Positions 1-11,686 of a DNA stretch of 64,000 nt are shown piece by piece; the stretch's first letter is position 1, and each line of letters opens with the position of its first letter. A model generated the notes under the pieces. That model had not been told where the DNA came from. It ran no database searches and saw only the letters and a list, made by a program, of their open reading frames with translations. A program made the position numbers and the translations under genes. The stretch comes from the human T2T-CHM13v2.0 reference genome, Homo sapiens: NCBI RefSeq assembly GCF_009914755.1, contig NC_060925.1, one strand, 5' to 3'.

Positions 1-2420
1 GGTCTGTGTACTTCAGTGAGTTTTTGTAGTGGCTAGTAATGATTTTTTGTTTCTATATTTAGTGCTTCCTTCAGGAGCTCTTGCAAGGTAGGTCTGTTGG
101 TGACAAATTCCCTCAGCATTTGCTTATCTGAAAAGGATCTTATTTCTCCTTTGCTTATGAAGCTTAGTTTGGCTGGATATGAAATTCTGGGTTGGAAATT
201 CTTTGCTTTAAGAATGTTGAATATTGGCCCCCAATCTCTTCTGGCTTGTAGGGATTCTGCTGAGAGTTCTGCTGTTAGTCTGATGGGCTTCCCTTTGTAG
301 GTGACCTGGCCTTTCTCTCTGGCTGCCCTTAACATTTTTTCCTTTATTTCAACCTTGGAGGATCTGATTAGTATGTGTCTTGGGGTTGATCTTCTCATGG
401 AGTATCTTACTAAGGTTCTCTGCATTTTCTGAATTTGAATGTTGGCATGTCTTTCTAGGTTGGGGTAGTTCTCCTGCATGATATCCTGAAGTATGTTTTC
501 CAGCTTGGTTCCTTTTTTTCCCATCTCTTAAAGGTACCCTACTCAGTCATAGGTTTGGTGTCTTTACATAATCCTATATTTCTCGGAGGTTTTGTTAATT
601 CCTTTTCATTCTTCTTTTCTCTGCTCTTGTCTGCCTATCTTATTTCAGAAAGGTAGTCTCTGAGATTCTTTCTTTCACTTGGTCTATTCTGCTACTGATA
701 CTTGTCATTGCATTGTGAAGTTCCTGTGTTGTGTTTTTCAGCTCCATCAGATTGGTTATGTTCCTCTCTAACCTGCCTATTGTGGCTATCAGCTCCTGTA
801 TTGTTTTATCATGATTCCTAGCTTCTATGCATTGAGTAACAATATGTTCCTTTAGCTAGGCCAAGTTTGTTATTACCCACTTTCTGAAGCCTTCTTCTGT
901 CAGCTCAGGCATCTCATCCTCAGTCCAGTTCTGTGCCTTTGCTGGAGAGGTGTTGTGGTCATGTGAAGGAGAAGGGGCATTCTGGTTTTTGAGTTTCTGT
1001 GTTTTTGCATTGATTGTTTCTCATCTTTATGGGCCTATCTACCTTAGATTTTTGAGGTTGCTGACCTTTGAATAGGGTTTTTGAGGGGTCTTTTTTGTTG
1101 GTGGTGTTGTTTTCTGTTTGTTTTTCTTTTAACAGTCAGGCCATTCTCCTGTAGCACTGCTGCAGTTTGCTGGGGGTCCACTCCAGACCCTAGTTGCCTT
1201 GGTTTTTCTGTACCCAGAGGTATCACCAGTGAAGGCTGTGAAACAGCAAAGATGGCAGGCTGCTCCTTCCTCTGGAAGCTCTGTCCTAGGAGGGCATTGA
1301 CCTGTTGCTGTTCTGCACACACCTGTAGGAGGTGGCTGGAGACCCCTGTTGGGAGATCTCACCCAGTCAGGAGGAATGGGATCAGGGACCCGCCCAAAGA
1401 AGCAGTCTGGCTGCCCTTTGGTAGAGCAGGTATGCTGCATTAGGGGGGTACCATTCCTCATTCAGATCATTTGTATACTACAAAGCCAGCAGGCTGGAAC
1501 AGCTGAGTCTACCAAACTGCAGAGACGGTGGCCGCCTCTCCCCCTGGGAGCTTTGTAGTAGGGAGAGATCAGAGCTCTCTCTGTAGAACCCTTGCTGGAG
1601 TGGCTGAAGCCCCCACAAGGAGGTCTTGCCCAGTGAGAAGGAATGGATCAGGGTCCTGCTTAAAGAAGAAGTCTGGCCACGATCTGGCAAGGCAGCTGTG
1701 CTATGGGGGAACCCTCCTTCTCTGGACCGCCTGTATTCTTCAAAGCCACCAGGCTGAAATGACGGAGTCTACCAAACCACAGGGATGGTGGCTGGTCCTC
1801 CCCTCTGGGAACACCATCCTGACTCAGGATGACTCCAGCCTGCTGCCACCAGCCAGCTGGAATTGCAAGCCAGTGGGTCTCAATCCACGTGGTGCTGTGA
1901 AAGTGGGGCCCGAAGAATGATGCCAGTTGGCCCCTGACTCAGCCCCCTTCCTAGGGACATGCATGGATGGATCTCCCACCTTGCCATGGATGCCGGGGCC
2001 AGAGTATGCAAAACTCCTGGGTCTCTGTGTGTGGCTGAGCCACTCCCTGAGTGGCTGCTCTGCTGAGATTCCACACAGCTCTCTGTATTGGACCCAAATC
2101 CCTGGTGGTGTGGGCTCATGAGGGGATCTCCTGATATGTGAGTTGCAAAGATCCATGGGAGAAGCATGGTTTCCCAGGCAGGGCTGCACAATCACTCACT
2201 GCTTTCCTTGGCTGGGGGTTGGGGTTCCCTTGGCTCCGTGCAGCTCCTGGATGGGCCACTGCCCCATCCTGCTTCTCTTTGCTGTCTGTGGGTTGAGCTG
2301 TTTGCCTGGTCAGTCCCAATGTGAGAACTCAGATATCTCAGTTGAAGTTGCTGAATTCACTTGCTCCTTTCATTCCTTTCTCTGAGCACCACGGACTGGA
2401 GCTGCTTCCAATCGACCCAA
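1..2420 (-). mobile_element. 5' end of an older primate L1 (L1PA8-L1PA13-like): 5'UTR plus disrupted ORF1, continuing off the left edge
   Basis: ORF 33..524(-) is the L1 ORF1p C-terminus (RLTAELSAESLQARRDWGPIF...NFQPRISYPAKLSF). 1100-2420 resembles an L1 5'UTR, and the reverse complement near 2415 resembles the L1 start (GGCCGAATAGGAACAGCTCC-like). Confidence 0.9.
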
Positions 2421-3346
2421 TGGTGTCTTTTAAAAACTTACATTTTCTTGCTACTGGGGGCTGGTATTCTTTGCTTGTATTTTATGGCTCTTTTCACTAC
2501 TAGATCACCTTAAATGTTTCTCATCTTCTCTATTCCAGATATATATGTTCTTTCTTAGACTGTTCAGCAGTAGACCCTTGACTTACAACCAGAAATATGA
2601 AGAATTATTGCCACAAATGGCTTATAATACTATGAAAAGATGCTCAACTTGACTTGTAGAGTAATGTAGATTACATCCAGATAGCATTTCTCATGATCAG
2701 ATTGGCAAAATTCCAAAAGTTTGACCACAACTCTGTTGACAAACTGTAGGGGGAAATAGATACGTACATTGTTATTTGCTGGGGGAATGCAAAATAGCAT
2801 AAAGCTGATCTATTAATATGTGGGGGAATGGGCAATTCCCAGTACAATTAAATCTACAGTAAATCTGAAGATTGCTAGACAAAATTCCTAGAATCCTCTA
2901 GGAATCTATCCCAAAGATTTACTGGCAAAATATTTTTTATGAAATATGCGTTTTACTATTCATTGGCACACTATTCGTAGTAGCAAAAAGCTGCAATGAC
3001 TGAAATATTCTTCATTAGAGGACAGTTGGGTCAGCTGTGGTGCTTCCATAGGGTGGAAAACTATGAAGATGAAAAAGAAATGGGAAATATATCAGTAATA
3101 GAGTGATTGTCATGATATATTAAGTGAAAGAACAAGATACCACTTGTCTAAGAAATAAGAGAATACGTATTTTCTTTGATATTTGCTTTCTTTTAAAAGA
3201 ATAAACCATAAGAGAATAATAATAGAAAAAGGAGAAGAGGGGTAATGGGATGGAGGGAAAGGAACAAAACCTAACCATTTCTGAATATACTTTGTTTTCT
3301 TGGTTGGGTCATGGAAACATGCAAATTTTTAACATAATTTAAAAAA

Positions 3347-3638
3347 TAGAGACAGGGTCTTCCTCTGTCATTCAGGCTGGAATGCTGTGGCATGGTCATA
3401 GCTCACTGTAATCAAACTCCTAGGCTCAAGTGATCCTCTCACCTCAGCCTTCTTAGTAGCTAGGACTATAGGTGTGCACCACCACACTCAGCTAATTTAT
3501 TTTTTGTTTTTAATTTTTTGTAGAGATGGGGTCTTGTTATGGTGCCCAGGCTGGTCTCGAGCTCCTGGCCTTAAGCATTCCTCCTGCCTTGGCCTCCCAG
3601 AGTGGCAGGATTACAGGCATGAGCCACTGTGCCTGGCC
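3347..3638 (-). mobile_element. AluJ
   Basis: Reverse Alu body (gagacagggtct...gcctggcc) with J-type catagctcactg/ggctcaagtgatcctc; TSD ttaacataattt. Confidence 0.9.
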
Positions 3639-4881
3639 TTAACATAATTTTGAAATAAAAAACATATAATCCCTGAGAAAACCAAATAAATCTAAGTGTG
3701 TATTGAGCTGGTTAGCATAACCCACAGAGAGGAACAGACAGGAACTCAGCCAACTGGCTTTAAAACACAGGGATTTGATTGTATATCCCTATCGGCGTGT
3801 ATCATAAAGGTACCCAAAGTGCAGAAAACACTGTAGGCTGTTTTTAAATTATCATTACTGGTGTTGGTATTCTGAGATTCTTACGTGTATTGTGAGATAG
3901 AATAAACAACGAATTATATTTATAGGAGGAAGGAAACATTGACATTTGAACAATAAAGTTAGGAAAAATTCTTGCATTCTTGAATTTGAGTTGGACATAC
4001 AATATGAACTCAAAGCATTTTAGTATTTTTTAGAAACATGGTCTACCTCTGTCCACAGAGAAGGGCCAGAAACTATGGCCGGCCCAGTAACAATGAGCAT
4101 TCCTTGTGCCAGACTGTGATTGCCAAATACCATTTCCTACAAAAAATAACCAGGGCTCTTTGAAACAATGGCTGCTTTCAGATTTGGAGCAGGAGATATA
4201 CAAGATGTGCCTGGTTCATCTTTTTACAACAGCAAGCAGGGAAACTCTGGAGGACTCCCAGGGTCATGTTGTAGAAGGACTCAGGAACCAACGTGAAGAG
4301 GTTCCTACTGGTCAAGTTTGAATATCATATTGGATAATACAGCACTGGATTGAAACATATCACACAGGTTTAAATACATGAGTTTGTAGTGATACTCAAG
4401 AAAAAAAAATCAGTCACTTTTGCAGGATGCTAGGAAATTAATGAATTACTTTGAAAACTGGTAAATAAAGGGAAAGAAATAAGCATTTTACAAACTATGC
4501 CTTAGGATGACCAAACTGGTAATGAAGGAAAGTTTCTCTTTATAAAAGTAGCTACAGGAGAGATGAAGAGGGAATGATATCACATCATTATTATTTTGTA
4601 ATTCCTAGTTCATGGATCTAGGCAATGATCAACAATGGCTGCTGACAACATGAAAAAATATTGCCAAAAAGATTGCCTAATCTGAACAAGCCTCTAAATT
4701 TAACAAACATTAAAAAAAAAGGATTTATACAGGGGGCAGAGGAATGTGTTAAATAAAACTATGGGAGTGCAATCAGCAACATTTAGAAGTAGGAAACTAC
4801 AGAAAAATAACCTGGAGTTTCAATAGTTGCCAATAGATATGAAAAAAAAGATGGAGGGTAGACTTATAGATTAAACATAGA

Positions 4882-5228
4882 TGTATTCTCACACTGCTAA
4901 TAAAGACATACTGGAGATTGGGTAATTTATAAAGGAAAGAGGTTTAATGGATTCACAGTTCCACATGGCTGGCGAGTCTTCAGAATCATGGCGTAAGGCA
5001 AAGGAGAAGCAAAGGCACATCTTCTATGGTGGCAGGCAAGAGAGCTTGTGCAGGGGAACTCCCATTTATAAAACCATCAGATGTTGTGAAACTTATTCAC
5101 TACCATGAGAACAGTATGGAGGAGACCACCCCTATGATTCAATTATCTCCAACTGGCCCCACCTTGACATATGGGGGTTATTACAGTTCAAGGTGAGATT
5201 TGGGTGGGAGCACACCCAAACCATATCA
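4882..5228 (-). mobile_element. THE1 (THE1C-like) MaLR solo LTR
   Basis: ctgctaataaagacatac...gaggtttaatgg...ccaaaccatatca, the reverse of the THE1 LTR consensus. Confidence 0.88.
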
Positions 5229-6759
5229 ATTAACCAGTTACAGTGTGTGAACCTTATTTGGATCTTAAGGATAACAAAGTGTTTAACAATTTTGAGACAA
5301 CCAGGGAGAATTTGAGCACTGGCTGGCTATCTGATAAAACAAATTGTTAGTTGTTTTCAGATGAGATAGCGTTGTGGCAATTATATTTAAAGAAAGGTCT
5401 TTATCTTTTAAAGGTGCATATTGAATTATTTACTTCTGAAATAGATGACATTTTATTTGGGATTTGTTTTTAAAATAAAGGGCTGATGAGGAAGCAGGTG
5501 GGTATGGATGAAACCAGAGTCGCCCTGTGTTGGTGGTGACTGAAACTGAGTAATGCGTTTATTCATTGTACTATTCTTTCTATTTTTGTGTATGTTTAAG
5601 CTTTTCAGTGGTAAAACATTAAATGAAAATAGCATTCTTAGCATAAATAGGGCTCAGAAGAAGGGAATTTCTGAAAAGTTCTATGTAAAATGGGTCTCTA
5701 TTAAGTTTCATTTTTATAATGTCTTTGTACATCCGAGATAAGTTCCTAGAGGGAAACAGAATGCACACTGGGTATCTGCAATTCATTCCTGTTTTAGTTC
5801 AGCTCACCAAGCCCTTAAATTCGTGATCACAGAGGAAGACAACCCAAGTTTGCATCCCAGGGAGACCATTTGAAAGATGACTTCTTAATCTAGATTATGA
5901 TTCTCTTTTAATCTGGCTCTGACCTCTGCCATCATCCCTTCCAGCCAACTGCAGACTGCAGTGTCTCTGAAGATGGAAAAGGACCTGTTTTCCAATTTCC
6001 AAATGCTCAAGCACCCTTTGAAAAGCCATCAACCTAGAGAGGGACTGTGACCTCCCCATGTCACTTGGCCAGTGAGTGGGATAGCTGGGATTCGAACCTG
6101 GGTCTCTGAACTTCCACTGCGCTGCATTCTACTGCTTTGCTCTCATTGAATAAATTAAATTCTACATGTCGGTTCCCCTCCGGTGAGGGGTGCCTGTATT
6201 CTTTGTTGAGCTTACAGTGTGCTTTTTAGGAAGAGTTTTTGCCCTAAGTTATATATAGACCACTGTGCCTGTCTGGGCACATGTTCACCAGCCAAATAAC
6301 TTTTAACATGCCCAAGGAAATGAACACAGGCTCCAGGGTCTGAGGAATATTAAACTGTGGGCAAGGAAAATTTTAATATGGATTATATTAATAAATTTGT
6401 TGCTTTAGAATTTCAAACATGATTCAAATACATGCACCACGTTATTTGTTCCTCCTTACCTTACCGGCTGTTATCAGTGATGGAATGGCTTGTCAAGTCT
6501 AAGACCCCAATCAGAATCTTATGACTTCAAAATCCTCACTCTCTCTATTTTATCACACTACCTCTTTCTTTTAGCAGAATTTGAAAATAGTAATGTAATA
6601 TCTTTAGGTGATGCCAATGACCTATCAGAGTATGGCTTAGGCTGTTGCTGTCATCATCACCAAATGAGTAACAATGATTTCTAGTTCAATTTAGTACTCA
6701 CTGTGTGACAGGCATGTTTGGAAACTTGAGTTCTGTCTAACATTTAAAAATAATAAAAT

Positions 6760-7330
6760 TTAATTTTCATAAAACCCCTATGATGTACATATTAAAGTTG
6801 TATTTGCTGTGTGACATTGGATAAAATTAAATAGTTTCCAAAGTCGCAGCACTAATAAATAGTAGAGCCAGGATTTGAATCCAGGACTGTCTGATGCCAG
6901 GCCCTGAGCTGTAGCCATTAAGTCACTCACTGATGTCCATTCATTCAATAGCAGATATTTATTGAGCATTTACTCTATGCCAGGTACTGTCTCAGGCACT
7001 GGGGATACAGTTGTGATGAGATGGATATCCTCCCTTGTCCTTATACAACTTACAACTAGTGAGTAAGACAGACAGTAAACAAGATATTTTTAGGCAGTGA
7101 TGAGTGGTTTGTAGGAAGTAAAACTGGGCAATGTGACACAGAGTGTCTGGAGTATAAGACTAGGATGCTGCTTTAGGCCTTTGGGGGCTTGTCTGAGGTC
7201 AGATAGGACTAGAGTATTCCAGCCAGAAGGAACAAGTAGAAATTAAAGATCCTATAGTTGAAACTGGCTTGGTATGTTTGGAGAACAGAAAGAGAATACA
7301 GGAGAGAACATGAAAGCCATTGGAGAGGCA
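6760..7330 (+). mobile_element. MIR fragment followed by an L2 3' fragment
   Basis: MIR core (gtagagccaggatttgaatccagg) then L2-type cattcattcaatagcagatatttattgagcatttactctatgccagg. Confidence 0.65.
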
Positions 7331-7559
7331 GTGCTCATCCAAAAGCATGGATAGAGCTCCCCACATCCTCATCCCAGTCCCCTGGTGATGTAGGCGTGGT
7401 TGGGGCGAGGAGTACTGCCTTTGACCGTGGAGGAGAGCTTGTTGACTTGTGATGGGACTCATTTCTGAGAAACAAGCTCTGTCCCAGAGGAATGACATAT
7501 TTCTTTCAGACCATGGGCTCTGAAGTCTCAAAACAGTAGGACAGGGATAAGTAGTTGAG

Positions 7560-7810
7560 ACCTGGCTTGATGGCATGTGTGAAAATGATTTTGGCGTCTT
7601 AAACGGCATCAAGTAGAAGCAACATCAACAGTGTGGCCTTATTACCAAAAAAGTTGCTGCAGTCAGAGGCTTTCCTGAAGGATGACATACAGAGAGGTCA
7701 ATGCCTGCCAAATACAAGGAGAATATTTCTGGCCAAAAATGGAATAGATGTCTTGGAATGCTGATGTAGTCCCTCACAGTCATCGAGAAGCTGCTCTGCC
7801 CCTGGTCAGG
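7560..7810 (+). mobile_element. CR1/L3 LINE fragment
   Basis: caacagtgtggcc...ccaaaaaagttgctgcagtc...ctctgcccctggtcag resembles the L3 RT C-terminal region. Confidence 0.45.
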
Positions 7811-9416
7811 AATATTGCAGAAATGAGTCAAGCCGGGTTAGTGTTGGAAGAAGAGTTGGACTAGCTCATCTCTGTGGGCTTTCCAACCTGCAGTCCTCAG
7901 GGCCTCATTGCCAGGGTGGCAGTCCATGGCAGTGGTGGTTGGTAACAATTTATGGGAGATGAAATATTCAAACCCAAATTATGTTCCTAACTGGTTTACC
8001 GCTCAGGCCAGTGCTCCTTCGTGCTCCGACTCTTCTCACTGTTCTGCAGCCTGTGGTCACTGAGTTGCTCTGGGATCCCTATTATTTTTATTGGTACCTT
8101 ATTTAATGCAGCTCTACATTTTCTAGCTAACTGGTACCATCTGTCTGTAATCACACTTCTCAGATCTGCCTCCTTGTCATCAGCCTACCTCCCTCTCTGA
8201 TGGTTGGGAACTAGTTGTATTCTCCGAAGACTTGCTGTACTTTAACATTTTTACTTGGCATGGCCAACAAAAGTACCATATATTGTCTGTGGAAGCCAAC
8301 AAAAGAAGGCTTGGAAAAGAAGGCTTGAGTTGTCATCTCACGTTAAGAGCATCCTGGCCTCTAGTGGAGGGTATACAAGAGTTGGCTCTAGGTTCTGATT
8401 CCTTTGTTACTGGGCTTTGACTGTGTAGCCTTGGCCCCCTCTTCAAACCCCTCTGGGTTCCAATTGGTTTATCTCTAAACAAGTTGAAGGGATTAGACCA
8501 ATGGCTCCCTGGAGGGCCCATCCTGCTGTCAGATCATTCAAAGATGTTCATTGCCAGTTCTTTGCACCATGAGGAACATATTTGGACTTTTAGACAGGCT
8601 CTGACTTCTCAGAGCTTGCAGTCCAAGACATTCTGACATGGATGCACATTTAAAAGACAGACACTTTATAGATAGATTATTGATCAATTTTGCCACTAGT
8701 GTGAAGCTGTCACTTCTGAAAAAGGGATATGTTTTTCCTTCTCACTTTTACTGCTTTGGTTAAATCATTTGCCCTAAGAACTCCCTCAAATATAGATGTG
8801 CATATGCCATAGACTGAGTATATTAGCATTATAAGCATGTCAATGCCATAATAGCACCTTTTTGCATAAATTTATGTTCTTTATAACAACTTTATGGGGT
8901 GAATTGCTTTAGTCTGCAATAAAAAGATATGGGAATTCAGAGAGGTGAAATTTGCCTCTAAAGCTTCTGAGCTCCTTCATTATGCCTGGCTTCAGTGCCT
9001 GTGCTTTGTTTGCAGTTCTGGGCTGCATCTCTGAATAGGTATATTAGGTCAGTGGGTATATCAGGCAGAGGGTGGTGGGGATAGGGGGTTACTGAGGGAG
9101 TTAAGTTGACAGGATCAGAGATGAGGATCCCTGGTTTCTAGAGAGGAGGCTGAGGGGAAGCCTACACCTCTTCTCCTGATAATCCTGGCAGGAGGTGGAG
9201 CATGAGTCTGACAGCAAGCAGGTTATGGGGGATGTTGGTTCCCATAGTAAGCACAATTGTTGGAGCATTACTGGAGGCAGTCCAGGCATGACTTGGTTGT
9301 TAGGACGTCCACACCTCAAGCCTGCAGAAGTGTGTCTGGCGGCCCAGTGGGGTCCTGGCAGCCCCACAGTGGAATGTGTTGTCGGGCAAAGGCTGCTGAT
9401 GAGGGCACCTCCTCTA

Positions 9417-9810
9417 ATGAGTCCATTCTTGCATTGTTGTAAAGAAACACCCGAGACTGGGTAGTTTATAAAGAAAAGAGGTTTAATTGGCTCATGATTC
9501 TGCAGGCCGTACAGGAAACATGGCAGCATCAGCTAGCCTTCTGGGAAGGCTTCAGGAAACTTATGATCATGGCAGAAGGCAAAGGGGAAGCCAGCACTTT
9601 ACATGGCCGGAACGGGAGGAAGTGGTGGGGGTAGGGAGGGGTGCCACACACTTTTAAACAACCACATCTTGTGAAAACTCTGTATCACCAGAACAGCACC
9701 AAATGGGGAAATCTGCCCCTATGATCCACTACCTCCTGCCAGGCCCCACCTCCCATACTGCGGATTACAATTTGACATATTTGGGAGAGGACACAAATCC
9801 AAACCATCTC
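9417..9810 (-). mobile_element. MSTB-like MaLR solo LTR
   Basis: ccgagactgggtagtttataaagaaaagaggtttaattggctca...ggacacaaatccaaaccat. Confidence 0.85.
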
Positions 9811-10206
9811 CTCCTCTTACCTGTCCATCCTTCACCTCTTAGGAAGGAGGGCAGCCACAGTAGAGCACTTGCCTCTAGTTGCTCTTGAGCACCCTTCCTG
9901 GGTAAGAGAATTAAAAAAAAAAACAATTTTATGATTCTAAAGGCAGTGTTATTACAGAAAGTTTGAAAACCCAGAATTTATACAGAAAAACACAATAACA
10001 ACAATGGGAGAATGTTTCCCGTGGTGGTGTGGTAAATATGGCTTCCTTGCTCATTTGTAGTTTCAGTTTAAGGTGGCACAGTGTTTGGATTATAAACAAA
10101 CACTTAATTTGAATGGAAAGAACTGTGGTGTCTTTCACTCTAAAACCCCAGTGTAGAAAGAGGCCATATTATTTTCCAGCAGGACAAGATCACCCTGTTT
10201 AGCTGG

Positions 10207-10593
10207 TGTATCAGTCAGGGTTCAACCAAAGACGAATAGGGGATATATATATGAAGAGACTTATTGCAAAGAACTGGCTTATGTCTCTGTGGGAGCCGTT
10301 AGACAAGTGCAACATCTATAGGGCAAGCTTTCACGCAGAACTCTCAGGCACAAACTGAAGCTGCTGTCCAGAGGCAGAGTTTCTTTTTCAGGGGAACTTC
10401 AGCTCTGTCCTTGAGGCCTTTTGACTGATTGAATCAGGCTCACATATATTATCTTGGATGGTTTCCCTAAAAGCCAGCTAATTATGGGCCTTAATCACAT
10501 CTGCAAAATACTTTCACAGCAATACCTTGATTAGTGTTTGGATAACCAGGGACTGTAACCTAACCAAGTTGACATATACAAAATATCATCACA
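10207..10593 (-). mobile_element. MLT2 (MLT2D-like) ERVL LTR
   Basis: tgtatcagtcagggttc...ccaagttgacatatacaaaatatcatcaca, the reverse of the MLT2 start. Confidence 0.75.
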
Positions 10594-11529
10594 TCTGATA
10601 ATCTGTCCTCTTTGAAAATTAATCTGGGAAATTGGATGCATCATCTGCCTTGGTTGTCCAGCCCCTCTTTCAACAACCTTCCTTGCTAGGACATAATAAG
10701 GGCTAAAGTCAATCCCAGTGGTCTCATCGGGACCTGCCTACCTGCAGCATCGTGTTCTGTCTAGATTTTGTCATATTCACTTGTATTTCTGCTTCCTAGG
10801 TATGCTTAAGTCATCGTTTGCGTCTATGTGACCTCTCCCCGTGACTAAATCGGAAGTTGTTGCAGGGGTGGGATGGTATCTCCTGTTGCATTTGTCTGTC
10901 CCTTGATGGTCTAAGTGCTGCAAGTGCTCTAAGTGGCTTTTCAGTAAACAGTGACTGATATCCATGAGTTAACTTCAGGTCCCATAATGGCCAAGATTCT
11001 TATGTCTCCTTGTTATAGCTCCTCATGGAAGAAGGAGCAGCTTGTTTCATTGCATTTGTTTTTGTTCATTCACTTACAGATTGCCAAGTAGGCATTGTTC
11101 TAGGTACTGAGCCTATGGCAGTGAACAAGACAGACAGGATCCCTCCTCTTTTGGAGCTTTACAAAACTAGTAATGGTTGTTAGAGATGTGGTAGAGGGAG
11201 AGGAAGGAAACTAATAATAAACAAGTATACAAATTAAACAAGCTAATTTCAGATACTGTAAGTGTATAAGGGAAAATAAAACAGTATACCATGACTCTAA
11301 ATTGGGTGGTCATTTTCTGACTTCAAATAATGACTCCCTAGCTATGTGATGTTGGGTAAATTACTTCACCTCTTTGAGCCTCAGGTACTCTGTTTTTTTT
11401 TTTTTAAAGAAGGTAAGAATCTGTGATGTTTGGGTTCCAGGCCAACTGAACTGGGAGTTGTTGTAGGTTTTTGTGAGGGGATTCTTGGAAGAGGAATTGT
11501 CTAGAAATGTAATTTGGGATGGTGAGAGC

Positions 11530-11686
11530 TTTGCCTCTCAAATGTGGCTTGCAGACCAGCAGCAGGTATCATTGCAGAGCTTTTTAGAAATGCAGACTCT
11601 CAGGCCCCTTCCCAGACCCACTGAGTCCAATGTGCGTTTTGCCAACAGCCCCATGTGATTTTTCCGTATAGTTTGAGAAACACTGG
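11530..11686. mobile_element. MER5A-like hAT-Charlie MITE
   Basis: ctcaaatgtgg...agaaatgcagactctcaggcccc...cagacccactgagtc...agtttgagaaacactg. Confidence 0.7.

Larger units (their letters stand above)
2590..5630 (+). mobile_element. Old L1M (L1MC/ME-like) 3' region, interrupted by an Alu and a THE1 LTR
   Basis: A-rich degenerate L1 ORF2 end/3'UTR motifs (gattggcaaaattccaaaagtttgac; cccagtaacaatgagcattcc; ggactcaggaaccaacgtgaagagg). Confidence 0.6.

Noticed and set aside
33-524. 163-aa ORF as a functional gene
   Set aside because: It is a C-terminal fragment of L1 ORF1p from a frameshifted old element.
1328-1811. Two diverged ~215-bp direct repeats (1328-1550, 1597-1811)
   Set aside because: They lie inside the L1 5'UTR; internal duplication is most likely a subfamily feature rather than locus-specific.
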